A DNA stretch of 28,847 bases from Syntrophomonadaceae bacterium (lineage in GTDB: Bacteria; Bacillota; Syntrophomonadia; Syntrophomonadales; Syntrophomonadaceae), in contig JAQUBU010000001.1 in NCBI GenBank assembly GCA_028686565.1, positions 1-28,847 of the forward strand. The letters run 5' to 3'. Of this stretch, positions 9,134-19,039 are shown piece by piece. The first letter of the stretch is position 1. Every line of letters begins with the position of its first letter. The notes under the pieces were generated by a model. It was not told where the DNA came from. It saw nothing but the letters and a program-made list of their open reading frames with translations, and ran no database searches. Both the position numbers and the translations under genes were made by a program.

Positions 9134-10012
9134 TTATCTGGCACACTGGGTAAGTTCCACAAATTTATTATTAGCCTCAGCTAAATCAAGGATGGCTTCA
9201 GTAACTACTGTCCCTTGCGCAATTAGCACATTCCCTACAGCATCCCGGATATCCTGAATTAATTTTTTACCCATTAAAAACTGGCGCTGTCTTTGCTTAA
9301 AGAATGCAGCTCCATCAGTTGCGGTTGCTGTGCTCTGCGGTGTCTGCACGGTTGGTTCTGGCGGGCTGACTTTAACTGCCGGGGGTGGAGCAGGTGTTGT
9401 TGTTGCCAAAGGAGGTGAAAGCAGATTCTCATCAGCTATCGCAGTTGGTGAAACAGCTGCTGCGGCTTCTGCTGCCGGGGCTGGTGCAGAGTGAGCTATC
9501 TCCTCGGTATATACTGTGTCAGGGGGAGAAGCGACAGGATCGCCATTTTCTTTTATTACAACCACATCAACACCATAAGTCATTACATGTTGTGCTTCTA
9601 TGACTTCTATTTTGGTCTCGTCTTGCGCTGTTCTATACTCCAAGCGGGATATCTTGCCGCTGTCTTCATTCACTACATATTCACTTATAACCCCTATAAG
9701 GTTACCTTTATTAGTTAATACCCGGTTCCCCTTCAACTCTATACTTCTTTCCAGAAGGCTATTGGCATTTGCTGTTTCATTAATAGTGGTTAGCAGATTT
9801 TCGCTCTCTGTAGTCACAGCATGTTCACCAATACCCATAACCGATTTATAAGCTAATACTCGGGCGCCCACATACCAATTACGGTTACTAACCAGAATGA
9901 AATCCACTTTCCCTTCTTCGGGATTAATAACTAGATCTTTAACCTGTCCAATCTTTTTTCCATCAAGTATGGAAAAAACAGGCAAGCCAATAATCTCCTG
10001 GCTTTTTTTCAT
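9134..10012 (-). CDS. PRC-barrel domain protein (YrrD-like) with Pro/Ala/Thr-rich linker
   Basis: IIGLPVFSILDGKKIGQVKDLVIN and a second barrel LKGNRVLTNKGNLIGVISEY. The likely start is ATG at 10012, with an RBS-like GAAGGGAG. Confidence 0.8.
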   Translation of the reverse strand: MKKSQEIIGLPVFSILDGKKIGQVKDLVINPEEGKVDFILVSNRNWYVGARVLAYKSVMGIGEHAVTTESENLLTTINETANANSLLERSIELKGNRVLTNKGNLIGVISEYVVNEDSGKISRLEYRTAQDETKIEVIEAQHVMTYGVDVVVIKENGDPVASPPDTVYTEEIAHSAPAPAAEAAAAVSPTAIADENLLSPPLATTTPAPPPAVKVSPPEPTVQTPQSTATATDGAAFFKQRQRQFLMGKKLIQDIRDAVGNVLIAQGTVVTEAILDLAEANNKFVELTQCAR

Positions 10013-10197
10013 TTTTTCTGCTCCCTTCATCTAATGTCTGAATTATTCTTATCCCTGCCAACCATAACCAAGTTGCCAAGGCTTAATCATATTAAAAGTA
10101 TTCCTACTTATAATTAATAAAAAGGCATACTTAATCTATTATACCGTATTGCAGGATTCCAATCATCACAATATACTGCTTTTAAGTGTTTTCCAGT

Positions 10198-12258
10198 TTA
10201 TTTAAGGAATTGCATGATGTTTGTCAATTCAATATTTAGAAGCTCTTTTAGTTCAATATCTTCTGTTATAGCATCAGCTTCCTCAAAGCACTTGATCGCT
10301 TCCTGCCATTTACTCATTTCCTTATATTCAAATCCCTGATCGATAAGCTTTATTATTAGCTTGGGTGCTGACTCTGTTTCCCCGGCATCAAGATGCTGTA
10401 CTTCCACAACAGATTCGGCCGGAGCTATATTTTCCCCCGAAATCTCTGCATAGGCAAATTCATCAGATTCTGCAATCGGTTTCTCTATTGGCTTTTCTTC
10501 TGAGACTGAATTATCCTTTTCATCTAGACCCAGCATGTCAACCGGCTCTTCCATCTCCAGGCCGGATTCTTCTGCTAACCCGGTCTCTTCAAGTTCAGCC
10601 TCGGTCATTTCTGCCTTCGTAATATCGGATTCTTCGATAGCACCAGTCTCTATTGTCTCCATTTCAGTTATTTCCGGAATAAGTTCATGAACTTCTTCTT
10701 CTATTACTTCGCTATCATCACTTTCTGTACTATCCTCAGTTTCCGCCTTAACTGCATCCAGATGGGCTGCCTCTAAAATTCCAGTTGTTGAATCCGGTAA
10801 TTCCAGTATCTGTTCATCTTCGGCTACAACCTCCGGTAAATCCTCAACTGCAGTCTCTTCCGCTTCTGCAATCATTTCTTCTATGGTTTCTTCTTCTATA
10901 TCATCTATTTCCACTAGCTCATCTGCTAATTGTGTTTCTTCTGATTCAGACGGCTGTGACTGCTCTTCCCTCTCCAGGCCAGCATCCTCGGCTAACCCCA
11001 AATCTTCAAGTTCAGCCTCGGTCATTTCTGCCTTCGTAATACCGGATTCTTCGCTAGCACCAGTCTCTATTGTCTCCATTCCAGTTATTTCCGGAATAAG
11101 TTCATGAACTTCTTCTTCTATTATTTCGCTATCATCACTTTCTGTAGTATCCTCAGTTTCCGCCTTAACTGCATCCAGATGGGCTGCCTCTAAAATTCCG
11201 GTTGTTGAATCCGGTAATTCCAGTATCTGTTCATCTTCGGCTGCCGCCTCCGGTAAATCGTCCCCACTTAAACTCTCTTCTGCTTCTGCAAGCTCTTTTT
11301 CAATGACTTCAATATTTTCACTTTCTAACTCCACTGTCTTATCAGCTATTTGTATTTCTTCCATTTCCGGTGCAGGCTCATTGTCTTTTTCAACTATTCT
11401 TACTTCACTACCATCAGTCTCAATTTTATTTTCATTTATATCTATAGCTGCTGCAGCCATGTCTTCAGCTTTAGCTATACTTTCTTCTTCCTCCAGAATC
11501 TCCACAGCAATATCTTCGGGAGTATCGCATGCAATGTCAGCTATATCAAGCTCTTCTTCAGTATCCTCTGGCAGAACTTCACTATCAACGAGCTCTATAG
11601 CTGTAATCTCATCAGCAATGCCTTCCGGTGATGATCGCAATTCAACATCTTCAGCAGGAAATTCTACTTCTTCGAGCTTGTTTTCTTTCTTTTCATCATC
11701 AGATTGATACTCAGGCCATGAATCAGCTTTCTCAAACTCATTCTCATTAATTTCCTGAATAATCTGCGTTGCCGCAGTATCCTGAGAACCCATATCCATC
11801 AGTACATTTGACTTTTCATGTAATAGTTCTGTTAGTTCAGCAACACTCAATTCTTCCTCTTGTTTTTCGATTATACTATTAATAACTTCTTCATTACCAA
11901 GACTGACAAGGTTAGCAGGTTGCTCAAATGATATTTCGTAACCTTGCTTTTCCATATTCACCAGAAGTTCTTTTAGTTCGGAGCCGGTTACCAACGTCCC
12001 CTTGTCTTGCAGACTATATTCTTTTTGATTGCCCAACAGGTACCGGGTCATAACAAGAATGACCACTATATATGTTAACAAAGCAATAAATGTCCCTAAT
12101 TTAGCTATAGTCAATGGAAAACTGACTATCACAAAGCAAGAAATAATTACGACCATTACTATGTTTTTGCGCGAAACCCCCTCTTTATACAATAAATACG
12201 CCATTATAGTACCAATAGGGAGAAACACCAAAATCACATACAAAATATATTCCCGCAT
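10198..12258 (-). CDS. Membrane protein with long acidic low-complexity region and C-terminal TPR-like helices
   Basis: About three hydrophobic segments in the first 75 aa, an E/D-rich middle, and a C-terminal LIDQGFEYKEMSKWQEAIKCFEEA resembling one TPR. Confidence 0.75.
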   Translation of the reverse strand: MREYILYVILVFLPIGTIMAYLLYKEGVSRKNIVMVVIISCFVIVSFPLTIAKLGTFIALLTYIVVILVMTRYLLGNQKEYSLQDKGTLVTGSELKELLVNMEKQGYEISFEQPANLVSLGNEEVINSIIEKQEEELSVAELTELLHEKSNVLMDMGSQDTAATQIIQEINENEFEKADSWPEYQSDDEKKENKLEEVEFPAEDVELRSSPEGIADEITAIELVDSEVLPEDTEEELDIADIACDTPEDIAVEILEEEESIAKAEDMAAAAIDINENKIETDGSEVRIVEKDNEPAPEMEEIQIADKTVELESENIEVIEKELAEAEESLSGDDLPEAAAEDEQILELPDSTTGILEAAHLDAVKAETEDTTESDDSEIIEEEVHELIPEITGMETIETGASEESGITKAEMTEAELEDLGLAEDAGLEREEQSQPSESEETQLADELVEIDDIEEETIEEMIAEAEETAVEDLPEVVAEDEQILELPDSTTGILEAAHLDAVKAETEDSTESDDSEVIEEEVHELIPEITEMETIETGAIEESDITKAEMTEAELEETGLAEESGLEMEEPVDMLGLDEKDNSVSEEKPIEKPIAESDEFAYAEISGENIAPAESVVEVQHLDAGETESAPKLIIKLIDQGFEYKEMSKWQEAIKCFEEADAITEDIELKELLNIELTNIMQFLK
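10554..11259. repeat. Internal 289-bp direct duplication (10554-10842 and 10971-11259)
   Basis: Near-identical copies 417 bp apart, in frame, encoding LPE..AEDEQILELPDSTTGILEAAHLDAVKAETED...GLE twice. Confidence 0.95.
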
Positions 12259-12299
12259 GTTAAACCATCCGATCAGATTATTCCGATTTCTGTAATTGT

Positions 12300-12326
12300 T
12301 TTCGACAACAAAGCCTGATTTCCTTT
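12300..12326 (-). promoter_or_regulatory. Putative sigma-H-type promoter for the acidic membrane protein gene
   Basis: The minus strand reads AAAGGAAAT-11 nt-GTCGAAA, close to the sigma-H pattern RNAGGAWWW-N11/12-RNNGAAT. Confidence 0.4.
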
Positions 12327-12512
12327 AAATACTTTTTAAAATCCAGTATATATATGAGTTTTTGAGCCAAATTATTCAAAAATGCCTGTTTTTATTAATT
12401 TGACAAATAAGTTAATTCTCCTTCCCAAATACTTTAGTCTTTAAGCTGTAAAGAAGAGCATTAAAAGACAAAGATAAAACCACTTGTAGTAGTCTCTGGT
12501 TTTCCGGCAAAG

Positions 12513-12545
12513 ATTAAGCGGGCTTTGTATAACAGCCCGCTTAAT
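12513..12545. terminator. 12-bp-stem hairpin, probable terminator of the rph-rdgB-ysnB transcript
   Basis: ATTAAGCGGGCT-TTGTATAAC-AGCCCGCTTAAT. Confidence 0.6.
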
Positions 12546-12648
12546 TTTATGTACAACTTAAACTTTTCAAAAAATTTTCAGCTTTAACTTGCTTAGCCCG
12601 AAACAGTTTCTTCGGCGTTGCAACCATCAAGTGGGGGATTTAAGCTCC

Positions 12649-12759
12649 AGAAGAACTGCGCAATAGTTACAACATACTGCTGCAACGAGGCAGCGCCTCG
12701 CTATAACCTGCCACTGTTTTTTTATAAGAACCGACCGCTTAAAGAAACGGTGCCATATT
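12649..12759. repeat. Dispersed intergenic element, copy C
   Basis: Aligns with 6807-6919. A further partial copy appears at 12604-12640 (CAGTTTCTTC...TGCAA...GGGGGATT). Confidence 0.6.
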
Positions 12760-12827
12760 TATAACCATTCCTTTTGCTTCACTCAAGGCACAAAATGTAA
12801 TGAAAATATTTCTTCAAACTTTACTCG

Positions 12828-13298
12828 TTATAAATACATTATTTGCGGTATTAATAGACCATCCTTGATTTCCATCAAAACATAGCTGCCTTTATTGCCA
12901 AAACGTGGTAGTGAAGGGCTGCCCGGGTTGATAATCCACATACCATCAAACTTTTCACAGAGAGGAATATGCGTATGGCCAAAAATAACAGCATCAACCT
13001 TTAATTCCTGCCCGCGAAAATACAGAGAGTTTAAGCTTTTCTTGACTCCGTACTGGTGTCCATGAACAAGATAAAATCGTTTTCCAGCCAGTTCAAGAAC
13101 CTCCTCCTGCCGGGCAGTACTGCGCGGATCACAATTGCCTGCAACCCCGCTGAATTCAAGCCGCAGATGACTAGCTATTTTTTTGGCATCAGCAAAATGA
13201 TCACCAGTAAAAAGCAGATATTCCGGCTTTAGTTTTTGGAGTTCTTTTCTTACTTTGTCAATTTTGGCATGGGTATCACCCAATACGGCAATCCGCAC
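12828..13298 (-). CDS. YfcE/YsnB-family metallophosphoesterase
   Basis: GDTH, TGD, GNCD, VHGH, FGHTH, INPGS. GTG start with a GGAGG RBS; conserved position after rph-rdgB. Confidence 0.93.
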   Translation of the reverse strand: MRIAVLGDTHAKIDKVRKELQKLKPEYLLFTGDHFADAKKIASHLRLEFSGVAGNCDPRSTARQEEVLELAGKRFYLVHGHQYGVKKSLNSLYFRGQELKVDAVIFGHTHIPLCEKFDGMWIINPGSPSLPRFGNKGSYVLMEIKDGLLIPQIMYL

Positions 13299-13423
13299 CG
13301 CATAACCTCCGCTTAGCTCCTTTATTTAGCCTTATTGGCAAACTTGTCTGCTAAACTATTTTTAACGCGCAAACGAACATTGGAGATCAAAAAGTAACCA
13401 CCATTAAGTGCAATGCTAACATG

Positions 13424-14026
13424 TCATCTAAGAAAAAGCTCCATTATAAGCGGTTTGGCTTTTTGAAGGGCTTTTCCGCGATGGCTGATCAGATTCTTTT
13501 CCTTTGGCGAAAGTTCAGCAAAACTGCAAGTGAACCCATCGGGTATAAAAAGCGGGTCATAGCCAAATCCACCCTCCCCGGAAGTTTCAAAGGCTATCTT
13601 GCCTTCACATTTCCCTTCCACGGTTTCAACCTTGCCCTGAGCATCACTCACCGCAATTACGCATACAAAGCGGGCATTTCTTGCTTCATCTTCAATACCA
13701 GCCATCATCTTCTGCAATTTCTGGTTGTTTTGCAGATCATCAGATACTTCACCCGCAAATCGGGCCGAATATATACCTGGCTGCCCATTCAAAGCATCTA
13801 CCACCAAACCGGAATCATCAGCCAGGCAAGGCATTCCACTGGCTGCAGCCGTAGTAACTGCCTTCTTTATAGCGTTTTCGGAAAATGTTGCGCCATCTTC
13901 TTCAATTTCGGGTAAACCTGGTATCTCATCCAGGGTAACGATGGTAATTTCAAGCTGCTTAAGAATGTCTTGCAGTTCTTTTTTTTTCTTCTGATTGCGA
14001 GTAGCCAGCAATAACTTCCTTGTCAT
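13424..14026 (-). CDS. rdgB: XTP/dITP diphosphatase (Ham1 family)
   Basis: ATRNQKK, EEDGATFSENAIKKA, ADDSGL, GFGYDPLF, SHRGKAL. Confidence 0.96.
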   Translation of the reverse strand: MTRKLLLATRNQKKKKELQDILKQLEITIVTLDEIPGLPEIEEDGATFSENAIKKAVTTAAASGMPCLADDSGLVVDALNGQPGIYSARFAGEVSDDLQNNQKLQKMMAGIEDEARNARFVCVIAVSDAQGKVETVEGKCEGKIAFETSGEGGFGYDPLFIPDGFTCSFAELSPKEKNLISHRGKALQKAKPLIMELFLR

Positions 14027-14028
14027 GG

Positions 14029-14754
14029 TTAATCCTCAACTCCGATAATACTCTTCTGAATTGCAATGAGTTCCTTTATGCCCTTTTCCGCCAGAGTCAG
14101 AAGAGTCGCCAATTCATCTTTGCTGAAAACTGTACCTTCGGCAGTTCCCTGTATTTCCACAAACTCTCCTTTACTGGTCATTACCACATTCATATCCACA
14201 TCAGCCCGGGAATCTTCCGAATACTCCAAATCCAGAATGGGAACTCCCTCAAGGATGCCTACACTGACCGCTGCCAGATAATCCTTGATCGGTATGGTTG
14301 TTATGGTGCCCTTTTCCTGCAGCTTTTGAAAGGCAAGATATAGAGCGACAAAAGCCCCGGTAATAGAGGCAGTTCTAGTCCCACCATCAGCTTGAATAAC
14401 ATCACAGTCAATCCAGATAGTACGCTCACCCAGAGCCTTCATATCCACCACCGCCCGCAATGACCTGCCGATTAGCCTTTGAATTTCTGAAGTTCTCCCG
14501 CTGATTTTGCCCCGGCTCGCTTCACGCTGGGTTCTGGTCTCGGTGGACGCAGGCAACAGCGAATATTCTGCTGTCACCCAGCCCTGCCCGCTTCCTTTTA
14601 GGAAAAACGGAACTTTTTCTTCTATCATGGCTGAACACAACACCCGGGTTTCGCCAGCCTCGATCAATACTGAACCATCCGGATGCTTTATGAATCCCGG
14701 GGTCATTTTTACTGCTCTCATTTGATTGTTTAATCTCTCATTAGGTCTAATCAT
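14029..14754 (-). CDS. rph: Ribonuclease PH
   Basis: [45 protein letters not shown]. Confidence 0.98.
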   Translation of the reverse strand: MIRPNERLNNQMRAVKMTPGFIKHPDGSVLIEAGETRVLCSAMIEEKVPFFLKGSGQGWVTAEYSLLPASTETRTQREASRGKISGRTSEIQRLIGRSLRAVVDMKALGERTIWIDCDVIQADGGTRTASITGAFVALYLAFQKLQEKGTITTIPIKDYLAAVSVGILEGVPILDLEYSEDSRADVDMNVVMTSKGEFVEIQGTAEGTVFSKDELATLLTLAEKGIKELIAIQKSIIGVED

Positions 14755-15298
14755 CTGCTACCTCCGCCCCTTTTTCTAATCTATATATATCATTCCCTCT
14801 GGCATCTATGGCTACAACACAGGGAAAATCTTGCACTTCCATTTTTAACAAAGATTCCGGTCCCAGTTCCGGGTAAGCAATGGTTTCCACATCCTTGATA
14901 CAGCGAGCCAGATAAGCCCCGGCTCCGCCCACAGTAGCAAGATAAACTGCCCCATATTTTTTCATAGCTTCAATTACGTTTTGATCACGTGGCCCCTTGC
15001 CAATCATTGCCTTTAAACCCTTTGCAATCAGCAGATGGGCATAAGTATCCATGCGGCCGCTGGTAGTGGGACCGGCCGAACCGATTATTTTTCCTGGCGG
15101 AGCAGGACAAGGGCCTACATAATAAATAATCTGTCCTTCTATGTCAAAGGGCAAACCCTCGCCATTTTCCAGGCTTTGTACCATATTTTTATGGGCGGCA
15201 TCCCGGGCAGCATATATGCTTCCTTGTACCAGTACTTCATCACCCATACTAAGTTCCATAATATCTTCAATTTGCAACGGTGCCCTTAAGAGCTTCAT
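14747..15298 (-). CDS. Fe-S hydro-lyase beta subunit (class I fumarate hydratase/tartrate dehydratase type)
   Basis: [37 protein letters not shown]. Confidence 0.92.
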   Translation of the reverse strand: MKLLRAPLQIEDIMELSMGDEVLVQGSIYAARDAAHKNMVQSLENGEGLPFDIEGQIIYYVGPCPAPPGKIIGSAGPTTSGRMDTYAHLLIAKGLKAMIGKGPRDQNVIEAMKKYGAVYLATVGGAGAYLARCIKDVETIAYPELGPESLLKMEVQDFPCVVAIDARGNDIYRLEKGAEVADD

Positions 15299-15349
15299 AA
15301 CTTTCCTCCCTGTTTGCTTGCTTAGTACCAGATCCGCGCTAATTCTTCA

Positions 15350-16192
15350 TCAAATTTCTACACTTACCCGCCGGGTGGAGTGACAACCCAGGTTAACTGC
15401 AACTGGCAGACTGGCGATATGAGTAGGATAAACCTCAATATTGACCGCCAATGCTGTTGTATTGCCCCCCATTCCCTGTGGACCAATGCCCAGTTCATTA
15501 ACTGCTTTAAGCATTTCTTCTTCAAGTCTGGCTAAATCATTTCGGGAATTGCGAATATTTACCGGACGCAACAAAGCCCTTTTAGCCAGCAAAGCAGCTT
15601 TTTCCATATTGCCTCCTACCCCAACCCCTGCAATAATTGGCGGACATGGGTTCCCGCCAGCATCTCTAACTACTTTTAAAATAAAATCTTTCACCCCATT
15701 AATACCTTGAGCAGGTTTTAACATACTTAACTGACCCATGTTTTCGCTTCCGGCCCCCTTAGGCAGTACTGTAATTCGAAGCTTGTCACCTTCCGCCAGG
15801 TTACAATGTACTATAGCAGGAGTATTATCTCCGGTGTTTATTCTTTGAAAAGGATCGTTCACCACCGATTTCCTAAAAAACCCTTGTTGATAACCTTCTC
15901 TTATTCCCAGGTTGATAGCTTCGTTTAAGTACCCGCCTTGTATAATAACTTCCTGACCAAGTTCCACATCAACCACTACCATGCCGGTATCCTGGCAAAG
16001 TGCCATGTTTTCTTGAACCGCCAGTTCAGTATTCTCCAGTATTATTTTCAAGAAGCGCCTGGCGCTTGGGGAGCTTTCCTTGTCTGAAGCTTCCTGCAAA
16101 GCCTGAATAATGTCGGGGGGCAAACTGATGTTGGCTTGCATTACGGCTTCTTTTACGGTCTGCGTAATTTGTTTTACATCTATCTGGCGCAT
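15350..16192 (-). CDS. Fe-S hydro-lyase alpha subunit (class I fumarate hydratase/tartrate dehydratase type)
   Basis: LCQDTG, NTGDNTP, PKGAGSEN, NPCPP, GIGPQGMGG, NLGCHSTR. Confidence 0.93.
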   Translation of the reverse strand: MRQIDVKQITQTVKEAVMQANISLPPDIIQALQEASDKESSPSARRFLKIILENTELAVQENMALCQDTGMVVVDVELGQEVIIQGGYLNEAINLGIREGYQQGFFRKSVVNDPFQRINTGDNTPAIVHCNLAEGDKLRITVLPKGAGSENMGQLSMLKPAQGINGVKDFILKVVRDAGGNPCPPIIAGVGVGGNMEKAALLAKRALLRPVNIRNSRNDLARLEEEMLKAVNELGIGPQGMGGNTTALAVNIEVYPTHIASLPVAVNLGCHSTRRVSVEI

Positions 16193-17092
16193 TTAGTCCT
16201 CCTTGTGTTCATACATACAACAACCTATGGCTCCATTTAACTGGGGCTCCGGCAGGCTATAAACTTCACATCTTGTTTCCCGGGCGATAATATTTCTTAG
16301 TGCAGAATTCAAGGCACCTCCCCCGGAAAGGAGTATTATATCGCTTTTAAGTTTTTTCAACATTGTTGCTACACGTCGGTAGAGAGCATAATTAATCCCC
16401 GCAGCCAGATGAGATAACGGGTGTCCTTCCACTATTCTGGCTATTATTTCGGTCTCGCCAAATATGGCACAGGTGGAATTCAGTTCAACCGGTTCTTGCT
16501 CCCAGGATGATAATTCTTCCAGGCTCATCCCCAGAACTGTAGCCATATTCTCCATATACCGCCCGGAACTGGCAGCACAACGGTCATTGGTCAGAAAGTC
16601 AACCGCATGGGCGTCTCTTACCTGGACAACTTTTGTATCCTGTCCCCCGATATCCAGCAAAGTAAAATCACTTCGCGAACTTTGAAAAATCGCCCCTGCT
16701 ACATGGGCTTGAATTTCAGGAATTTGTTTAGCCCCTTCTACTTGAACGGCAATTTTGCCATAACCAGTGGCAATTAAACAGTCCTTCTCAAAACCCAATT
16801 TTTCAAAATCCAAGTGCATCATTAATTGCGAGCTTAAGCGAGCATCAGTAGTGCCCGCAGGGTGCATCATTAATTGCGAGCTTAAGCGAGCATCAGTAGT
16901 GCCCGCAGGGTGCATCATTAATTGCGAGCTTAAGCGAGCATCAGTAGTGCCCGCAGGGTACAAGGCACTCTTCCCCATGCAGGCAAACTTTCGGTAGAAT
17001 TCTATAGTATCAAAAATTGCCCGCTGAATTATATTGCCATTGTACATTTGTACGATTTTAACACTTCGCGAACCCAGGTCTATTCCTATCAC
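16193..17092 (-). CDS. Acyl-CoA dehydratase activase (HgdC/BadF-BadG-type ASKHA ATPase) carrying a 48-aa repeat insertion
   Basis: GIDLGSRSVK, ATGYGK, LDIGGQDTK, and the 4Fe-4S cysteines in NDRCAASSG and NSTCAIF. GTG start. Confidence 0.9.
   Translation of the reverse strand: MIGIDLGSRSVKIVQMYNGNIIQRAIFDTIEFYRKFACMGKSALYPAGTTDARLSSQLMMHPAGTTDARLSSQLMMHPAGTTDARLSSQLMMHLDFEKLGFEKDCLIATGYGKIAVQVEGAKQIPEIQAHVAGAIFQSSRSDFTLLDIGGQDTKVVQVRDAHAVDFLTNDRCAASSGRYMENMATVLGMSLEELSSWEQEPVELNSTCAIFGETEIIARIVEGHPLSHLAAGINYALYRRVATMLKKLKSDIILLSGGGALNSALRNIIARETRCEVYSLPEPQLNGAIGCCMYEHKED
16815..16958. repeat. Three exact 48-bp tandem copies, in frame inside the activase gene
   Basis: TGCATCATTAATTGCGAGCTTAAGCGAGCATCAGTAGTGCCCGCAGGG x3, encoding PAGTTDARLSSQLMMH x3. 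Confidence 0.98.
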
Positions 17093-17161
17093 TTGTATAA
17101 CCTTCCTATTTCTTAAGTAAAAAATGATGTGTTAGGGTTATCACAAATCTACCGCTCACCC

Positions 17162-18139
17162 CTACCTTTTAAGCATATTAACAAAAGATTCGAGTCGCAT
17201 ACGAGTTCTTGCATCCACTTTTCCAGGCTTGTCCCCTTCAACAGTTAAAATAGGTAATTTCAGCTTTTCCCGGTAAATTAAATCTTCTATTTGACGAAAA
17301 CAAAATGTTTGGGTGTAGTGAATAATGCCATCTACTTTTCGTTTAGCCAACTGCTCTTCAATATCGCGTAAACGGGCAAAAGCTCCATAGGGATAAGTAT
17401 AAATCAAATATTGTTCAACTATGTTATCCGTGGCAGCAGGCATGGAAAATTGTCTCTGTATTTCATTAAATACTACCCGGGCTCCCATAGTTTCAAGCAC
17501 ATCATAAATATCGGGAAAAATAGGCGGAACCCCTATATAAGCCAGACGCACTTGCTCTTTTAAAGGCTTGCGCTTCCTGACCGTGCTGATAAAATTTTGC
17601 AGTTCCCGGGCAAATTTATCCGGATTGCCATTAAAGTCACTGGAGGAAACCAGATAATAATGGTTTTCGAATCCGCTAACCAGGTTATCACGCCATGTCA
17701 TGTCATCAAGTTCAATACACAACTGGCGAATTCCATCCAGATCAGATTTAACCTTGGCAACTTGATCACTGCTTACCTGGAAGTAGTTCATCATCTTATT
17801 AATCTGTGCTTTAAGCATTTCCCGGTCCCGGTCAAAGGGAAACGCGAAAGGTATGATATTAAGGCCTCTAAGCTGCAGAGTTTCCATCAGTGCCTGAGTA
17901 TTGCTGCAATCTCCCTGCATTACTGCTATTATGGCCTCCATATCACTTTCCAGGCTAACACTATATAAACCTTTTATCCAGCCACAGGTGTTGCGGGGAT
18001 ATCCTGCTTCTTCTGCAATTTCAACTAATGATTGAGGTCTTTGCGCACTAATAAAGAGGTTGTTTAGATCCACCGGGATTTTCCCAGCCGCAAGAATAAT
18101 CTCCACTGGAATACTGGTAGTAAATGCTATTTTATTCAT
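17162..18139 (-). CDS. 2-hydroxyacyl-CoA dehydratase family subunit (HgdAB/FldBC-like)
   Basis: TTSIPVEIILAAG, NTCGWIKG, QGDCSNT, QTFCFRQ, RTRMRLESF. Adjacent to the activase. Confidence 0.88.
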   Translation of the reverse strand: MNKIAFTTSIPVEIILAAGKIPVDLNNLFISAQRPQSLVEIAEEAGYPRNTCGWIKGLYSVSLESDMEAIIAVMQGDCSNTQALMETLQLRGLNIIPFAFPFDRDREMLKAQINKMMNYFQVSSDQVAKVKSDLDGIRQLCIELDDMTWRDNLVSGFENHYYLVSSSDFNGNPDKFARELQNFISTVRKRKPLKEQVRLAYIGVPPIFPDIYDVLETMGARVVFNEIQRQFSMPAATDNIVEQYLIYTYPYGAFARLRDIEEQLAKRKVDGIIHYTQTFCFRQIEDLIYREKLKLPILTVEGDKPGKVDARTRMRLESFVNMLKR

Positions 18140-18151
18140 ATCTTTATGCCC

Positions 18152-18955
18152 TCAATCCAAATCAAGCTTATATACTTTTTTTATAGTATCACCAATTAAT
18201 AATCTGCCAACATGATAGAACGAGTCATCTTGACCACTGACATAAAACTCCCCGCCCGGTCTTTGCTTGCTGGTATTAAGCAATTTTTCAGTGTTCAAGA
18301 TATCGGCAAGCTCATCTATAGTCTCACAGGAAGGATCAACCAGCTTGATTTCTTTACCTGCATATTCTTGAATCAGCGAAGCCAGAAAGGGATAGTGAGT
18401 ACAGCCCAATACAATGGTATCTACTCCTTTTTCCAGGAGAGGGCCAATATATTCTGCAATTGCTTCGCGGGTTTCGCTGCCTTCCAGTTGTCCGGACTCC
18501 ACCAGCGGCACAAAACGAGGGCAAGCAACTTCTATAACCTCCAAGGCGGGATTTATTTTTATGATTTGCTCAGTGTAGGCCAGTTTGTTTACGGTTGCCC
18601 GGGTGGCCAGAACACCTATTTTGCCTTTGTGCGAAAGGCGAACGGCTGCCCTGGCACCAGACTTTACCACTCCCAGTAAAGGCAAGGTATAATCCTTGGA
18701 TATTACCGGCAGGGTAACTGAGGAGTGGGTACCGCAAGCAACGATAATAGCTTTTACATTTCTGCTGTTTAAATAAGTTATTATCTTGTGTGCATAACTA
18801 AACAATTGTTCTTCAGATTTATTCCCATAGGGAAGATGGGCTGTATCTCCATAGTAAATAAATCTCTCCTGGGGAAGTTTATCCAGCAGAGATTTTACAA
18901 CGGTTAATCCACCCACACCGGAATCAAAAACGCCAATGGGCTGGTTATTTTCCAA
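18152..18955 (-). CDS. murI: Glutamate racemase
   Basis: PIGVFDSGVGGLTV, YYGDTAHLPYG, VACGT, VLGCTHYP. The likely start is TTG at 18955 with a GAGGTG RBS; the ORF-track start at 19108 runs through a repeat. Confidence 0.96.
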   Translation of the reverse strand: MENNQPIGVFDSGVGGLTVVKSLLDKLPQERFIYYGDTAHLPYGNKSEEQLFSYAHKIITYLNSRNVKAIIVACGTHSSVTLPVISKDYTLPLLGVVKSGARAAVRLSHKGKIGVLATRATVNKLAYTEQIIKINPALEVIEVACPRFVPLVESGQLEGSETREAIAEYIGPLLEKGVDTIVLGCTHYPFLASLIQEYAGKEIKLVDPSCETIDELADILNTEKLLNTSKQRPGGEFYVSGQDDSFYHVGRLLIGDTIKKVYKLDLD

Positions 18956-19039
18956 TTCACTTACACCTCTTTTATTATTGCTCTCTTTCCTTAAATAATT
19001 TAACACTTTTACAGGATATATTCCAGAAGCGATATTTAA

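Noticed and set aside
16815-16958. Possible mini-CRISPR
   Set aside because: The units are identical and contiguous, have no unique spacers, and are in frame within a CDS.
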